A stretch of DNA of 62,562 nt, filler included, from Sandaracinaceae bacterium (lineage in GTDB: Bacteria; Myxococcota_A; Polyangia; Polyangiales; JADJQN01): NCBI GenBank assembly GCA_947483975.1. It is 10 parts of 10 records of this genome, joined end to end, with 100 filler letters (N's around TTAATTAATTAA, not from the genome) between each part and the next. Parts side by side here need not be neighbours in the genome. Positions count along the whole stretch, not along the records: positions 6,362 to 12,571 come from CANKOL010000306.1; positions 12,672 to 18,863 come from CANKOL010000307.1; positions 18,964 to 25,152 come from CANKOL010000308.1; 7 more parts are not named here. One strand, 5' to 3'. Below are positions 10,701 through 19,402 of this stretch, piece by piece. How positions within the stretch are numbered: the stretch's first letter is position 1; every line of letters starts with the position of its first letter. The position numbers and the translations under genes were made by a program. Below the pieces are notes generated by a model, which was not told where the DNA came from, did not search any database, and saw only the letters and a list, made by a program, of their open reading frames with translations.

Positions 10701-11208
10701 GGCCTTGCAGGGCGACGTGCTGATGTCGCGTATCGAGCGGCCGGGCGCGCTGATGTTCTTGGTCACCGCGCGCGACTCCGAGCGCGGGGCGTCTTTCGCG
10801 GCGGTGCTCACCTCCGATGCTCATTGTCACCTCTCCGCGCCGAGCGTGGAGCGAATCGACGGCGAGCTCGACGATGCGCTCGTCACGTGGACTGCGGAGC
10901 AGGGCGGCGAGCCGCTGTTGGGAGTCGGTTTCCGCGCGTTTGGGTCACGCGGGGGGGATACGACTTGGTCTTTCTGGCGCGTGTCGACGACCGGGGCGGG
11001 CGGAGGCGACGCGCCCACTTGGCAGGTCACTCTGCCAACGGCGATGGATATTCCGGAGGGGCAGCGCGGCAACATCTCTGCGCCGTTCCAACAGCGGCGC
11101 GGCGCGATGGAGGGCTGGTGGCCGGTACGAGTGCGGCGCCCTGGACAGGAGGCCGAGTACTACTCGTGGGACGGGACTGCGCTCACGCTCGCCTCGCCCG
11201 TTCAGTAG
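7774..11208 (+). CDS. 1144-aa multidomain membrane protein (multi-TM, Pro-rich linker, DUF898/YjgN-like, TPR-like, SH3b-like)
   Basis: Repeated DUF898-like motifs (RFTGTGGEVLGLW, LLTIVTFGLYSPWA); TPR-like GALFYNLGLISE...YYRSSLQVRPGN; SH3b-like LNVRGGPS...LHGWVAS. Confidence 0.75.
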   Translation: MKSAPRIEMTKVASEAVGAIGLVLLGFLILGVILPWNAGENVTGQGLLIWELLLLVPLVGYVATCEAIRRRALSLSTEVATKSALGSVVILLGATLLGTLLLLAKRHEAVSSGLGVLFAGVLPSYGKILTYSLVSAATIGGWGLAVSALAPPRPFAAEAAARHRLIAGAALVPAVLAFLYAAVSIISDEPTTLGLLGNLLPGRLGRNLSELVLASQLQTVALIGIWVLTASTGAAAVCLGGDPVVAPHVARLRKAFLWTFGITVAALLVALLLVGLAALDALHDSELSAVFAGLAGVGLVVLGAVVVAGAPPRLMLAVAAAEQSLSQAEVSPPSILVESRIESVAAPPVPPLIAVAPPSVVPEIPEIEPQPFVAPPSVAPELLSTAAQPLVSTTSPRSSALPTSWQPVEPSVQPAEQGARGDAQPSGTTGRYRFTAGGADAVGVMFVSGLLVLVTCGVAMILGVPAARLQYWGITSTARDGQRFRYEATFGESVGAALVRTLLFFVTCGLALPWTSAMSQRFRIEHTSTAEGHRMRFTGTGGEVLGLWLLMVVALPLSFGLAWPWLAVLRERWVASNTVVIDPSAPGGEYSLRFDAGPLSYVVQGGLSLLLTIVTFGLYSPWALAGYHDFVWSSMSDTLSPPVAVPSGPRTPAQWAVVAATGFGLALLVGSCLFFGIQSHAGGAAITRSAAASGGNCDTPGPVEAFDAFERRCLAGGSPPSRAAARPAASAAQSCDSPCGIGARCRGGTCVMLPLAASDVSFADRGDGIGWGDRCVGHMRAGALDDAEAACARGLTVAASGAIRGALFYNLGLISERQGAPALASTYYRSSLQVRPGNATVERALAALGGGVVAPTIDLGATAMAWWRNGDASARDRLLARGLTPVLLRASASLNVRGGPSANAEYVRTLPEGTLVVALRGVVDGIPSAPGRGNWSWITASETLHGWVASGVTRDYAGCTPDVPALMGNFPSDRGAALQGDVLMSRIERPGALMFLVTARDSERGASFAAVLTSDAHCHLSAPSVERIDGELDDALVTWTAEQGGEPLLGVGFRAFGSRGGDTTWSFWRVSTTGAGGGDAPTWQVTLPTAMDIPEGQRGNISAPFQQRRGAMEGWWPVRVRRPGQEAEYYSWDGTALTLASPVQ

Positions 11209-11269
11209 GGCGGGGTTGGCAGTCGCGCGCCGATGCGCGCGGCGTGTGCCGCTCGGTGACCAAACGTCG

Positions 11270-11801
11270 AGGCGCCGCTCAGCGGTGACCTTCCTCAGCA
11301 GGAACGCCTCGTGCTCGTCGGCCGCGCCGGGCGCAAGCAGCACGACGTGCCCGAGCACGGGAGTTGACGCGGCCGACCGAAAGAGCGCCCACACCCCCAT
11401 CAAAGAAGCGCGGCTCGAGCGCCGCCCCACGACGCGCGCGACGAAGCTCCCCGTCGACAGGGGCCGTGCCGGTTTCCACCCCCAAGGGACCGCCAAGGCA
11501 GTACCGCCCACTCGACCGCTTCGATGTGCTGCGCAGCCCACAATCGCTTGGCGGCGGCGCGCAGCGTCGACACCGGCACGGCGCCCGCACAAAGGTCCGC
11601 CGCATCCACCGCGGAGACCGTCGCCCCCGTCTCCGGCGAGCCCCCGAGCATCGCCGTCGCGCTCATCCTGCCGGGTTTCTCGGGCTCCGCGACAACGCCG
11701 CACAGTTCGACAATTTCGACTCCGAGCGCCCAGGCGATGCGCTCCAGCGAGAGCAGCGTGAGGTTCTGCCCGCCCTCGATCCGCTGAAGGTGCTTGAGCG
11801 C
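11270..11801 (-). pseudogene. XRE-family HTH plus S24 peptidase (CI/LexA-like) repressor pseudogene
   Basis: ALKHLQRIEGGQNLTLLSLERIAWALGVEIVEL (HTH, N-terminus lost), AVPVSTLRAAA, then FVARVVG / LEPRFFDG / ALFR...LLRKV spread over different frames. Confidence 0.7.
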
Positions 11802-11837
11802 GCTCCCAGAGCAAACACCACCCGCTCACCAAACCCT

Positions 11838-12134
11838 CTACAGCCGTGGTCCGCGACTTCGCGGGCCGCCCCAGACGGCGAGCACGACCAGTCGGGATTG
11901 GCCTGGTTCGTATCGATAGTACAGATGGTGCCGCGTCCGCAGCAGGACGCGGCGCACGGCTCCACGCGCGCTCTCGGCGTAGGGTGTGCCCGATTCAGGC
12001 GACGTCCGTAAGCGCTCTTGCGCCAGCGTGAGCTACTCGACGAACTGACCGGCCGCCTCTGGCCGATGCTGGCTCCACCACGCCTGGATTCGCTCGATCT
12101 GACGGGCGGCCCGCTTCGAGACCTCGAAGTTCAC
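11838..12134 (-). pseudogene. ParE/RelE-family toxin with in-frame amber stop at codon 34
   Basis: MNFEVSKRAARQIERIQAWWSQHRPEAAGQFVE*LTLAQERLRTSPESG...VRRVLLRTRHHLYYRY...VVLAVWGGPR. TAG at 12033-12035. GTGA overlap with the upstream gene's stop. Confidence 0.85.
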
Positions 12135-12358
12135 GGCTGCGGTCGCAGCCTTTGGAGCAGCTGATCGAAGTCTTCCGTCTCGCCGGCGTCGGCCTCGGTC
12201 AGGGACTCTTCGAGCTCGTGATGAAGCGCCGCGCGCGCGGCGTCGTCGAGGTCGTCGCCATCGACGAGCGCGAGCTGCACTTCCGCACCCTCGGGGAGGT
12301 TCGTCGGTTCGTCGAGCAGCAGTCGTCCCGCCCTCACGCGCGCTTTGAGTGCCAGCAT
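12131..12358 (-). CDS. putative antitoxin of the ParE/RelE module
   Basis: 75 aa acidic protein MLALKARVRAGRLLLDEPTNLPEGAEVQL, translationally coupled to the toxin. Confidence 0.75.
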   Translation of the reverse strand: MLALKARVRAGRLLLDEPTNLPEGAEVQLALVDGDDLDDAARAALHHELEESLTEADAGETEDFDQLLQRLRPQP

Positions 12359-12483
12359 CTTGTGGAGGAGATTAGCCGGTCGTCGCTGGGACCGCCAAGC
12401 GCGTCGCTGATCGGCGCTCGGGCGACCTGAAGGGCGGCCCGCGCACGGCCACGCTCGCGGGGGGGGGCGCCCCGTCCGCCCGC

Positions 12484-12571
12484 TCAGTCGAAGCGCTCGT
12501 ACGGGTCGCGCGGGCGCACGGGCGGCGTGTTCGGCGGGTGGGCCTGCTGCTGCGTGTCGTGGCCGCCCTGC
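12484..12571 (-). CDS. 3' end of a gene (5' truncated by contig end)
   Basis: ...QGGHDTQQQAHPPNTPPVRPRDPYERFD* with typical codons. Confidence 0.5.
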
Positions 12572-12671
12572 NNNNNNNNNNNNNNNNNNNNNNNNNNNNN
12601 NNNNNNNNNNNNNNNTTAATTAATTAANNNNNNNNNNNNNNNNNNNNNNNNNNNNNNNNNNNNNNNNNNNN
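12572..12671. other. artificial contig linker
   Basis: N-run plus TTAATTAATTAA. Confidence 0.98.
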
Positions 12672-13283
12672 CCCCCACTCCCCGCCGGCCGCGCCCTCGC
12701 CAACCTGCCCGCCGACACCTGCCTCACGCTCCTGCGCGCACACGGCGTCACCTTCGACGAGCTCCTGCCCGGAGACGCGCCCGGCGTCCGCACGCCCGTC
12801 CGGGTCCACGGCGCCCTCGGCGGCGTGACCGTCGTGCCGCGCAACGACCCCGAGCGCTCGGTGCACGCGGTCCTCGACTGCCGGCTCGCCCTCGCGGTGC
12901 TCGCCTGGGCGCCGACGCTGCGGGCGGCCCACGTCGTGAAGATCGAGCACTACAGCGCCTATCGCGCGAACGCGCGCGTCGCCGGGCGAGGCCCCGTCAG
13001 CGGACACGCGAGCGCGATGGCCCTCGACGCGGCGCGCTTTCACACCGACGACGGCGAGGGCCTCGACGTGCTGGTCGACTGGGCCGATCGCCGGCGCGGC
13101 GCCGACCCCTGCGCCCCGCGCGACGACGAGCCCACCGCCTCGCACACCCTGCGCTCGGTCGTCTGCGAGGCCGTCCGCGTGGACCTCTTCCAGGTCGTGC
13201 TGACCCCGCACCACGACCCCGCGCACCAGAACCACGTCCACCTCGAGCTGCGCCCGGGGGTCGACTGGTCCTTCGTCCACTAG
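12672..13283 (+). CDS. extensin-like C-terminal domain protein (5' truncated)
   Basis: LDCRLALA...IEHYSAYR...SGHASAMALD...VLTPHHDPAHQNHVHLE. Confidence 0.8.
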   Translation, partial: PPLPAGRALANLPADTCLTLLRAHGVTFDELLPGDAPGVRTPVRVHGALGGVTVVPRNDPERSVHAVLDCRLALAVLAWAPTLRAAHVVKIEHYSAYRANARVAGRGPVSGHASAMALDAARFHTDDGEGLDVLVDWADRRRGADPCAPRDDEPTASHTLRSVVCEAVRVDLFQVVLTPHHDPAHQNHVHLELRPGVDWSFVH

Positions 13284-13485
13284 CGATCCGTTGCCGCCTC
13301 TCAGCCTCGACGAAAACGTCGGGAATAGACGCGTTTGCTCGCCGCTTGAGAGGCCGCCGTCGTTCTTGACTCCCGAGGACGCACGGCTACAGTCGCGGCC
13401 CGCTCGGGCCGGCAGGGGTCGTAAGCCGCTCGAATGGTTCGTGATTCAGCCTCTCCCGAGGCAGCTCCGCCGGGAGCCCGCTTCG

Positions 13486-13548
13486 CAAGAGAGAACTGTG
13501 CTGCCCGAGGAGAACGCCGTGCCGCTCGAGGAGAATACTGTGCAGAGA
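13486..13548. repeat. three imperfect 21-bp direct repeats upstream of the ABC operon
   Basis: caagagagaactgtgctgccc / gaggagaacgccgtgccgctc / gaggagaatactgtgcagaga. Confidence 0.55.
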
Positions 13549-13556
13549 GGCTTCGC

Positions 13557-14639
13557 ATGAGCGACGTGATGATCGAAGCCCGGAACCTGACCAAGAGCTA
13601 CGGCGCAGTGCGCGCGCTCGACGACGTCAGCTTCCAGGTCCGCAAGGGCGAAGTGCTCGGCTTCCTCGGCCCGAACGGCGCGGGGAAGACGACGGCGATG
13701 AAGATCCTGACGTGCTTCATCGCACCGACGGAAGGCACCGCGACCGTCAACGGCGCTGACGTCTGGGACGACAGCCTCGCCGTGCGCCGGTCGATCGGCT
13801 ACCTGCCGGAGAGCACGCCGCTCTACACCGAGATGATGGTCCTCGAGTACCTCGAGTTCGCCGCGCGCATGCGCGGGCTCAAGGGACCCGAGGCGCACAA
13901 GGCGCTCAAGCGCGCCGTCGAAGAGACCGGCATCGGCGACATGCTCGCGCGCACGATCCGCGAGCTCTCGAAGGGCTACAAGCAGCGCGTCGGCCTCGCG
14001 CAGGCGCTCGTGCACACGCCGCCCGTGCTGATCCTCGACGAGCCGATGAGCGGCCTCGATCCCAACCAGGCGATCGAGATCCGCGACCTGATCACCTCGG
14101 TCGGCAAAGAGCGCACGGTCGTGCTCTCGACGCACAACCTCGCCGAGGTGCAGGTCTCCTGCGACCGCGTGCTGATCATCTCCAAGGGCCGCATCGTCGC
14201 CGACGACACCCCGGACGCGCTCGTCGCGACGGCGGGCAAGGCCCGCTTCGTCGTCGACGTGAAGAAGGGCAGCAAGACGGACGGCGAGGTGCGCGAGCTC
14301 CTCGGCAAGGTGAAGGGCGTCGACCGCGTGCGCCCCATCGAGGTCGGGCGAGAAGAGCTCGGCTTCGAGATCGTCCCGACGGGCGACGAGGACCTGCGCG
14401 CCGCGCTCTTCCAGGCGGCCGTCGAGGGCGGCCTCGTGCTGCTCGGGCTCCGGCGCGAGGGGCAGAACCTCGAGTCGATCTTCCGCGGCCTGACCACCGG
14501 CGACGCGCCGAGCCGCAAGGAGCAGCGCGCGGCCGACAGCGCGCTCGCCACGACCCGCGAAGAGCGGCCCTCGGCCAAGAAGAGCGACGCCGCAGACGCC
14601 GAGTCGAGCGACGACGCCGACCCCAAGAAGGAGGACTGA
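13557..14639 (+). CDS. ABC-2 transporter ATPase (GldA-like)
   Basis: Walker A GPNGAGKTT, signature LSKGYKQR, Walker B LILDEP, H-loop STH. Confidence 0.92.
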   Translation: MSDVMIEARNLTKSYGAVRALDDVSFQVRKGEVLGFLGPNGAGKTTAMKILTCFIAPTEGTATVNGADVWDDSLAVRRSIGYLPESTPLYTEMMVLEYLEFAARMRGLKGPEAHKALKRAVEETGIGDMLARTIRELSKGYKQRVGLAQALVHTPPVLILDEPMSGLDPNQAIEIRDLITSVGKERTVVLSTHNLAEVQVSCDRVLIISKGRIVADDTPDALVATAGKARFVVDVKKGSKTDGEVRELLGKVKGVDRVRPIEVGREELGFEIVPTGDEDLRAALFQAAVEGGLVLLGLRREGQNLESIFRGLTTGDAPSRKEQRAADSALATTREERPSAKKSDAADAESSDDADPKKED

Positions 14640-14640
14640 C

Positions 14641-15357
14641 GTGCAGACGCTCAACATCGCGCGGCGACAGTTCGCCAGCTATTTCAACGGCCCCGCGGCC
14701 TACATCGTGATCGCCCTCGTCCTGATCCTGACGGGCTTTCTCTTCTTCTACATCCCGGGGGCGTTCTTCCTCACGGGTCGCGCGTCGCTCCGCACGCTCT
14801 TTCAGATGATGCCGTTCACGCTGATGTTCGCGTGCCCGGCGCTGACGATGGGCCTGCTCGCCGAGGAGAAGCGCAACGGCACGCTCGAATTGCTCGTCAC
14901 GATGCCCGTGCGTGAGTGGGAGATCATCGTCGGCAAGTACCTCGCCGCGGTGGGCCTCCTCGCGGTGACCTTCGCGCTGACGCTGCCGTATCCGCTCGTC
15001 GTCAACTCGCTCGGCAACCTCGACTGGGGCGCGGTCTGGACCGGCTACTTCGGGCTGCTGCTCGAGGGCTCCGCGCTCCTCGCGATCGGCATGATGGCCT
15101 CGTCCTTCACGGACAATCAGCTGATCGCGTTCTTCGTCGCGGGCACGCTCGCGTTCGTGTTCGTCATCGTCGGCTACGCGACGCCGTTCTTCCCGAGCGG
15201 GCTCGCGAGCGTCGTCGAGCAGATGTCGTTCAGCTTCCACTTCGAGTCGATGGCGCGCGGCGTCCTCGACACGAAGGACCTCGTGTTCTTCTGTTCGGTG
15301 ATCTTCTTCCCTCTCGCGATCGCGTTCCGCGGCCTCGAGAGCCGTCGGTGGAAGTGA
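14641..15357 (+). CDS. ABC-2 permease (GldF-like)
   Basis: About 6 TM helices; EEKRNGTLELLVTMP motif. Confidence 0.9.
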   Translation: MQTLNIARRQFASYFNGPAAYIVIALVLILTGFLFFYIPGAFFLTGRASLRTLFQMMPFTLMFACPALTMGLLAEEKRNGTLELLVTMPVREWEIIVGKYLAAVGLLAVTFALTLPYPLVVNSLGNLDWGAVWTGYFGLLLEGSALLAIGMMASSFTDNQLIAFFVAGTLAFVFVIVGYATPFFPSGLASVVEQMSFSFHFESMARGVLDTKDLVFFCSVIFFPLAIAFRGLESRRWK

Positions 15358-15359
15358 CC

Positions 15360-17174
15360 ATGGCAACGACTGACAAGCCTGTGGCGACCAACCCCAACGC
15401 GACCGTCACCGCAAGCGGAGGCCCGAGCAAGGGCACCAGCAAGGGCGCGTCCAAGCGCGCGGGCGCGGCGGCCGAGTCGCTCGCGTTCCTCGCGGTGACC
15501 GCCGGCGTGCTGATCCTCCTCAACGTCGTCGGCTTCTTCGGCGTGAGCGCCCGCGTCGACCTGACGAGCAAGCGCCTCTACTCCCTGTCGACCGGCAGCA
15601 AGCGGCTCGTCCGCGGGCTGACCGACGACATGGACATCACCGCGTACTTCACGAGCGATCTGCCGCCTCAGTTCAAGGCGACCGAGGTCGCGGTGCGCGA
15701 CCTGCTCCGCGAGTACGAGGCCGCGTCGAACGGGCACGTCCGCGTGCACTTCGTCGACCCGAACACCGACGAGAAGCGCGAAGCGGCCGAGCGCGACGGC
15801 GTGCAGAAGGTCAGCCACCAGATCATCGAGAACGACTCGGTGAACGTGCGCGAGGGCTACCGCGGCCTCGTCATCAAGTACCTCGGCGACAACAAGTCGA
15901 TCGCCGTCATCGAGGACCCGTCGGGCCTCGAGTACCGCATCACGACGCTGATCAAGGAGCTCGTCGGGCAGAAGACCAAGGTCGGCGTCGTCAGCGGCAA
16001 GGGCGGCCCGACGCTCGCCGAGGGCCTCACCGGCCTGAAGGAAGCGCTCCCGACCTACGACCTCGTCGAGGTCCCGCTCTCGGCCGAGATCCCGACGGAT
16101 CTCCGCGCGCTCCTGATCATCGCGCCTGAGCAGGAGATCACCGACGAGGAAGCGCACCGCATCGACGCCTACGTCATGCAGGGCGGCTCCCTCGGCATCT
16201 TCGGCGGCACGACCAAGATCGACCCGAGCGGCCAGGAGATGAACGCCACCGTGATCAACAGCGGGCTCAATCGCCTGCTCGATCCGTGGGGTATGCACCT
16301 CGAGTCGAACATCGTCGCCGACACGCAGTGCGGTCGCGCGCCGATGCAGACGCAGATGGGCATCCCGATGCTCGTGCCGTTCCCGCCGGTGCCGATCGTC
16401 GGCTTCGACGAGGAGCTCGCCGAGAACCCGGTGCTGTTCCGCCTCGATCAGGTCGTGATGCCGTTCACCTCCAGCATCACGCTCAACCGCCGCCTGCGCA
16501 GCGACCACGAGATCACGACGACAGCGCTCGCGCGCTCGACGGATCAGGCGTGGGCGATGACCGGCGAGACGATCAACGTCCGCCCCCGCAACCCGCGCGA
16601 GTGGGCCCCCGAGGGCGCGCAGCAGCGCTACCCGCTGATCGTCAGCGTCGAGGGCAAGCTGCCGAGCGCGTTCGCCGCTGCGGCGGTCACCTCCGGCGCG
16701 CCCGTGACGCCGCCGACGGGCCCGACCCGCGCGACGCGCAAGGCGCGCATCCTCGTCGTCGGTACGGCGGCGGTGCTGCGCGACGAGTTCCTGCCGCGGC
16801 CCGGTCGCGACGGGACGCGCGACCTGACCAGCGCCCTCGCGCTGGCGCTCAACGCCGTGGACTGGCTCGCGCAGGACTCCGACCTCATCGCCATCCGCGC
16901 GAAGAACGTCGAAGACCCGGCGCTCAAGGTCCCGCAGAACGTGCTCGCGGCCGAGGACGAGGCGCGGACCGCTGCGCAGGCCGCGCAGCAGACCGGCGAC
17001 GACTCTGCGGTGCGCGCCGCGCTCGAGAAGCGCAAGCAAGCCGCGGCCGCCTGGGAGAGCAAGAAGTCGCTGATCTCCTTCGGCTTGATCGCAGGTCTCC
17101 CGCTCGCGGTCGCGATCGTCGGCCTCATCCGCTGGCAGCTTCGCAAGCGCAAGAAGGCGACGCTCAAGCTCTAA
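15360..17174 (+). CDS. GldG-family ABC auxiliary protein
   Basis: RVDLTSKRLYSLS, LEYRITTLI, NAVDWLAQDSDLIAIRAK; N- and C-terminal TM helices. Confidence 0.88.
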   Translation: MATTDKPVATNPNATVTASGGPSKGTSKGASKRAGAAAESLAFLAVTAGVLILLNVVGFFGVSARVDLTSKRLYSLSTGSKRLVRGLTDDMDITAYFTSDLPPQFKATEVAVRDLLREYEAASNGHVRVHFVDPNTDEKREAAERDGVQKVSHQIIENDSVNVREGYRGLVIKYLGDNKSIAVIEDPSGLEYRITTLIKELVGQKTKVGVVSGKGGPTLAEGLTGLKEALPTYDLVEVPLSAEIPTDLRALLIIAPEQEITDEEAHRIDAYVMQGGSLGIFGGTTKIDPSGQEMNATVINSGLNRLLDPWGMHLESNIVADTQCGRAPMQTQMGIPMLVPFPPVPIVGFDEELAENPVLFRLDQVVMPFTSSITLNRRLRSDHEITTTALARSTDQAWAMTGETINVRPRNPREWAPEGAQQRYPLIVSVEGKLPSAFAAAAVTSGAPVTPPTGPTRATRKARILVVGTAAVLRDEFLPRPGRDGTRDLTSALALALNAVDWLAQDSDLIAIRAKNVEDPALKVPQNVLAAEDEARTAAQAAQQTGDDSAVRAALEKRKQAAAAWESKKSLISFGLIAGLPLAVAIVGLIRWQLRKRKKATLKL

Positions 17175-17193
17175 CGCGTTGACGGTCCATGGC

Positions 17194-17214
17194 GGCGGGG
17201 GACGAGCCCCCGCC
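17194..17214. other. intercistronic hairpin
   Basis: GGCGGGGG-acgag-CCCCCGCC; no U-tract. Confidence 0.45.
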
Positions 17215-17267
17215 CTACGAATCAGGACTCCCGCGCGGCGGGATCCCGTCAAGAACGAGGCTTTCTC

Positions 17268-18470
17268 ATGGATTGGCAGAAGAACCGGCTCTGGATCGGT
17301 GCGCTCGTGTTCGCGGCTCTGCTCGCGGTGACGTTCTTCGTCGTCAAGAGCCGGTCGAAGGAAGGCAACGCGCCCGCGACGGGCAGCGGCAGCGCGGCGA
17401 GCGCGCTGCCGACGATCCACAAGAACGACGTCGACTCGCTCGAGATCCGACGCCCGGGGGAGCCCCCGATTCGGCTGACGCGCTCGGGCAGCGCCTGGCG
17501 CGTCGTCGCGCCGGTGGACGCGATCGCCGACATGACGGCCATCAACGCCGCGCTCGACAAGCTCGACACGCTCGAGGTGACGGGCCCGGCGGCGGCGAAC
17601 CGCGCGAACCACGCGCGGCTCGAGGTGAGCGCCGACAAGGGCATTCGCGTCATCGTCAAGAAGGGCGCGACGACGCTCGCGGACCTGTGGATCGGCGCGT
17701 TCCGCAGCGGCGCGACGATGGTCCGCGTCGAGGGTCAGGACCGCGTCTACGCGGTCGAGGGCTCGATCAAGTACGCGTTCAACAAGGACGTGAAGGACTG
17801 GCGCGATCGCGAGATCACGGACCTCGATCCGAACGACGTCGTCGCCATCACGTTCCAGGGGCCCAAGGGCACCTTCGGCTTCGCAAAGAACGGCGACGAC
17901 TGGAGCGCGGCGCCCGGCGCGGCGGTCCTCGCGCGCTTCTCCCCGTCGAAGCTCGCCGGCGTCGTGCAGAGCGCGGCGCGCCTGCGGGCGACGGACTTCG
18001 CGGCGACGACGCTGACCGCCGAGCAGCTCGGCTTCGACACCCCGGAGATGACGACCATCACCTTCCGCACCGGCGGCGAGGGCGGCGTGCAGGACGTGAC
18101 GCTCCAGCTCGGCAAGGCGTCGAGCTCGGGTGACCGCGAGTTCTACGCGCGGCGCGCTGGCGTCGACACCGTCTACATCATCTCGAGCTACCTCGCGAAT
18201 CGCCTCGCGCCCGACGAGGAGTCGCTCTCGATGCCCGCCGACGGCGGCGTCGCAGCAGCCCCCGCAGCGCCCCCGGAGATGCCCCCCGGAATGGAGGGCA
18301 TGGGCGGAATGCCCCCAGGGATGGGGGGACCGGGAGGACCCGGCGGAATGCCCGGCGGCGGGCAGATCCCCCCTGAGCTGATGCGGCAGATCCAGCAGCA
18401 GCTTCAACAGCAGCGCGCGCAGGGCGGGGGCGGTGGTGGTGGCGGCGGTGGCGGTGGCGGCGCTGAGTGA
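17268..18470 (+). CDS. DUF4340 domain protein
   Basis: N-terminal TM, two repeated domains, WRDR motif; usual position after gldG; Gly/Met/Pro/Gln-rich tail. Confidence 0.8.
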   Translation: MDWQKNRLWIGALVFAALLAVTFFVVKSRSKEGNAPATGSGSAASALPTIHKNDVDSLEIRRPGEPPIRLTRSGSAWRVVAPVDAIADMTAINAALDKLDTLEVTGPAAANRANHARLEVSADKGIRVIVKKGATTLADLWIGAFRSGATMVRVEGQDRVYAVEGSIKYAFNKDVKDWRDREITDLDPNDVVAITFQGPKGTFGFAKNGDDWSAAPGAAVLARFSPSKLAGVVQSAARLRATDFAATTLTAEQLGFDTPEMTTITFRTGGEGGVQDVTLQLGKASSSGDREFYARRAGVDTVYIISSYLANRLAPDEESLSMPADGGVAAAPAAPPEMPPGMEGMGGMPPGMGGPGGPGGMPGGGQIPPELMRQIQQQLQQQRAQGGGGGGGGGGGGGAE

Positions 18471-18534
18471 TTCGTGAGCGGAGATAGCGTGGGGAGGCGA
18501 GCAGCGACTGCGCGCCTCCGCTATCGTTGTCCCC

Positions 18535-18863
18535 GTGGTGCCTGCTCCTCGCTCCTTCGCTTCGCTCCTCCTCCTCGCCGGGCTCTGCACCGGCTGCGGC
18601 ACGACTGAGCGCCCCGCGGCGCCCGACGCCGGGCCCGACGCGGACCTGCCGACGCCGGGCCTCGTCGAGATTCCGTGGCTCGCCGCGGGCTCTCCGACGC
18701 TGACTGCGTCCCCTGTGCGCGGGTGCCCGACGGGCTTCCGCGAGGCGCACACCGAGCACGGCGTGCAGCTCTGTGACCCGTGGCCCGAGGGCGGCCCGAT
18801 GGACTGCGCGGGCGCGAGCGCGCACTTCCCCGGCGAGGCGGGCTGCGCGCCGATCGGCACGGG
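18535..18863 (+). CDS. putative lipoprotein (3' truncated)
   Basis: Signal peptide with TGC lipobox, DAGPDAD linker, Cys-containing domain. Confidence 0.65.
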
Positions 18864-18963
18864 NNNNNNNNNNNNNNNNNNNNNNNNNNNNNNNNNNNNN
18901 NNNNNNNTTAATTAATTAANNNNNNNNNNNNNNNNNNNNNNNNNNNNNNNNNNNNNNNNNNNN
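18864..18963. other. artificial contig linker
   Basis: N-run plus TTAATTAATTAA. Confidence 0.98.
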
Positions 18964-19183
18964 CGAGGCCCGCGAGCAGCGCCGCCAAGCCCGCCACGCC
19001 CGCCGCGACCTGCTGCCGCCGCGACGAGGGCGACGCTCCGAGGAAGGCCGCGAGGGCCCCCAGCGTGAGCCCCGCCAGCCCCACTCCGAGGCGCCACTCC
19101 CCCTCCGGAAGCGCGCTGGCGAGGCCCAACCCCGCGAGCCACGCGGCCGCAATCACCCCCAGGGTCGAGACTCGATGTGGCAC
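18964..19183 (-). CDS. membrane protein 5' fragment (possibly ComEC/Rec2 N-terminus)
   Basis: Hydrophobic VIAAAWLAGLGLASAL...GLAALLAGL; truncated; family call is weak. Confidence 0.35.
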
Positions 19184-19315
19184 CTCAGGGGGCTCCGAGC
19201 ACCCCCTATGCCAGGTTCCTTGCGTTGAAATTACTGGCGATTCGCAGCCATCGCCCTGGCGCCCGACACAATCCGCCGCCAGGCCGCCGCCGGGCCTTCG
19301 GCGGCTCACACGGCC

Positions 19316-19344
19316 TTGACATCGTGCCGAGCGCCCCTACAACT
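19316..19344 (+). promoter_or_regulatory. sigma70-like promoter of merR-isc operon
   Basis: Perfect TTGACA at 19316-19321; imperfect -10 TACAAC(T) at 19338. Confidence 0.55.
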
Positions 19345-19352
19345 AGCCCAAT

Positions 19353-19381
19353 CTGACCCTTACGCGAACGTGAGGTTTCAG
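19353..19381. promoter_or_regulatory. MerR-type dyad operator
   Basis: CCTTACG-cgaa-CGTGAGG inverted repeat (1 mismatch) flanked by CTGA...TCAG, just upstream of the MerR gene. Confidence 0.65.
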
Positions 19382-19402
19382 AGCCCGCCGGAGACCGACC
19401 CC

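Noticed and set aside
12033..12035. Pyrrolysine or amber recoding
   Set aside because: TAG terminates many normal genes here (e.g. 3586, 13283, 24979, 50002), and no pyl genes are seen.
14916..15359. N-terminal extensions in the ORF track (gldG 14916, iscA 21379, etfB 28026, J-protein 50271)
   Set aside because: They overlap upstream genes in another frame; family motifs begin at the later starts used here.
15174..18860. Very long antisense or alternate-frame ORFs (e.g. 15174-18860, 56434-59715, 56937-59744, 36036-37487, 41862-43958)
   Set aside because: Shadow ORFs of real GC-rich genes; Arg/Ala-rich and without motifs.
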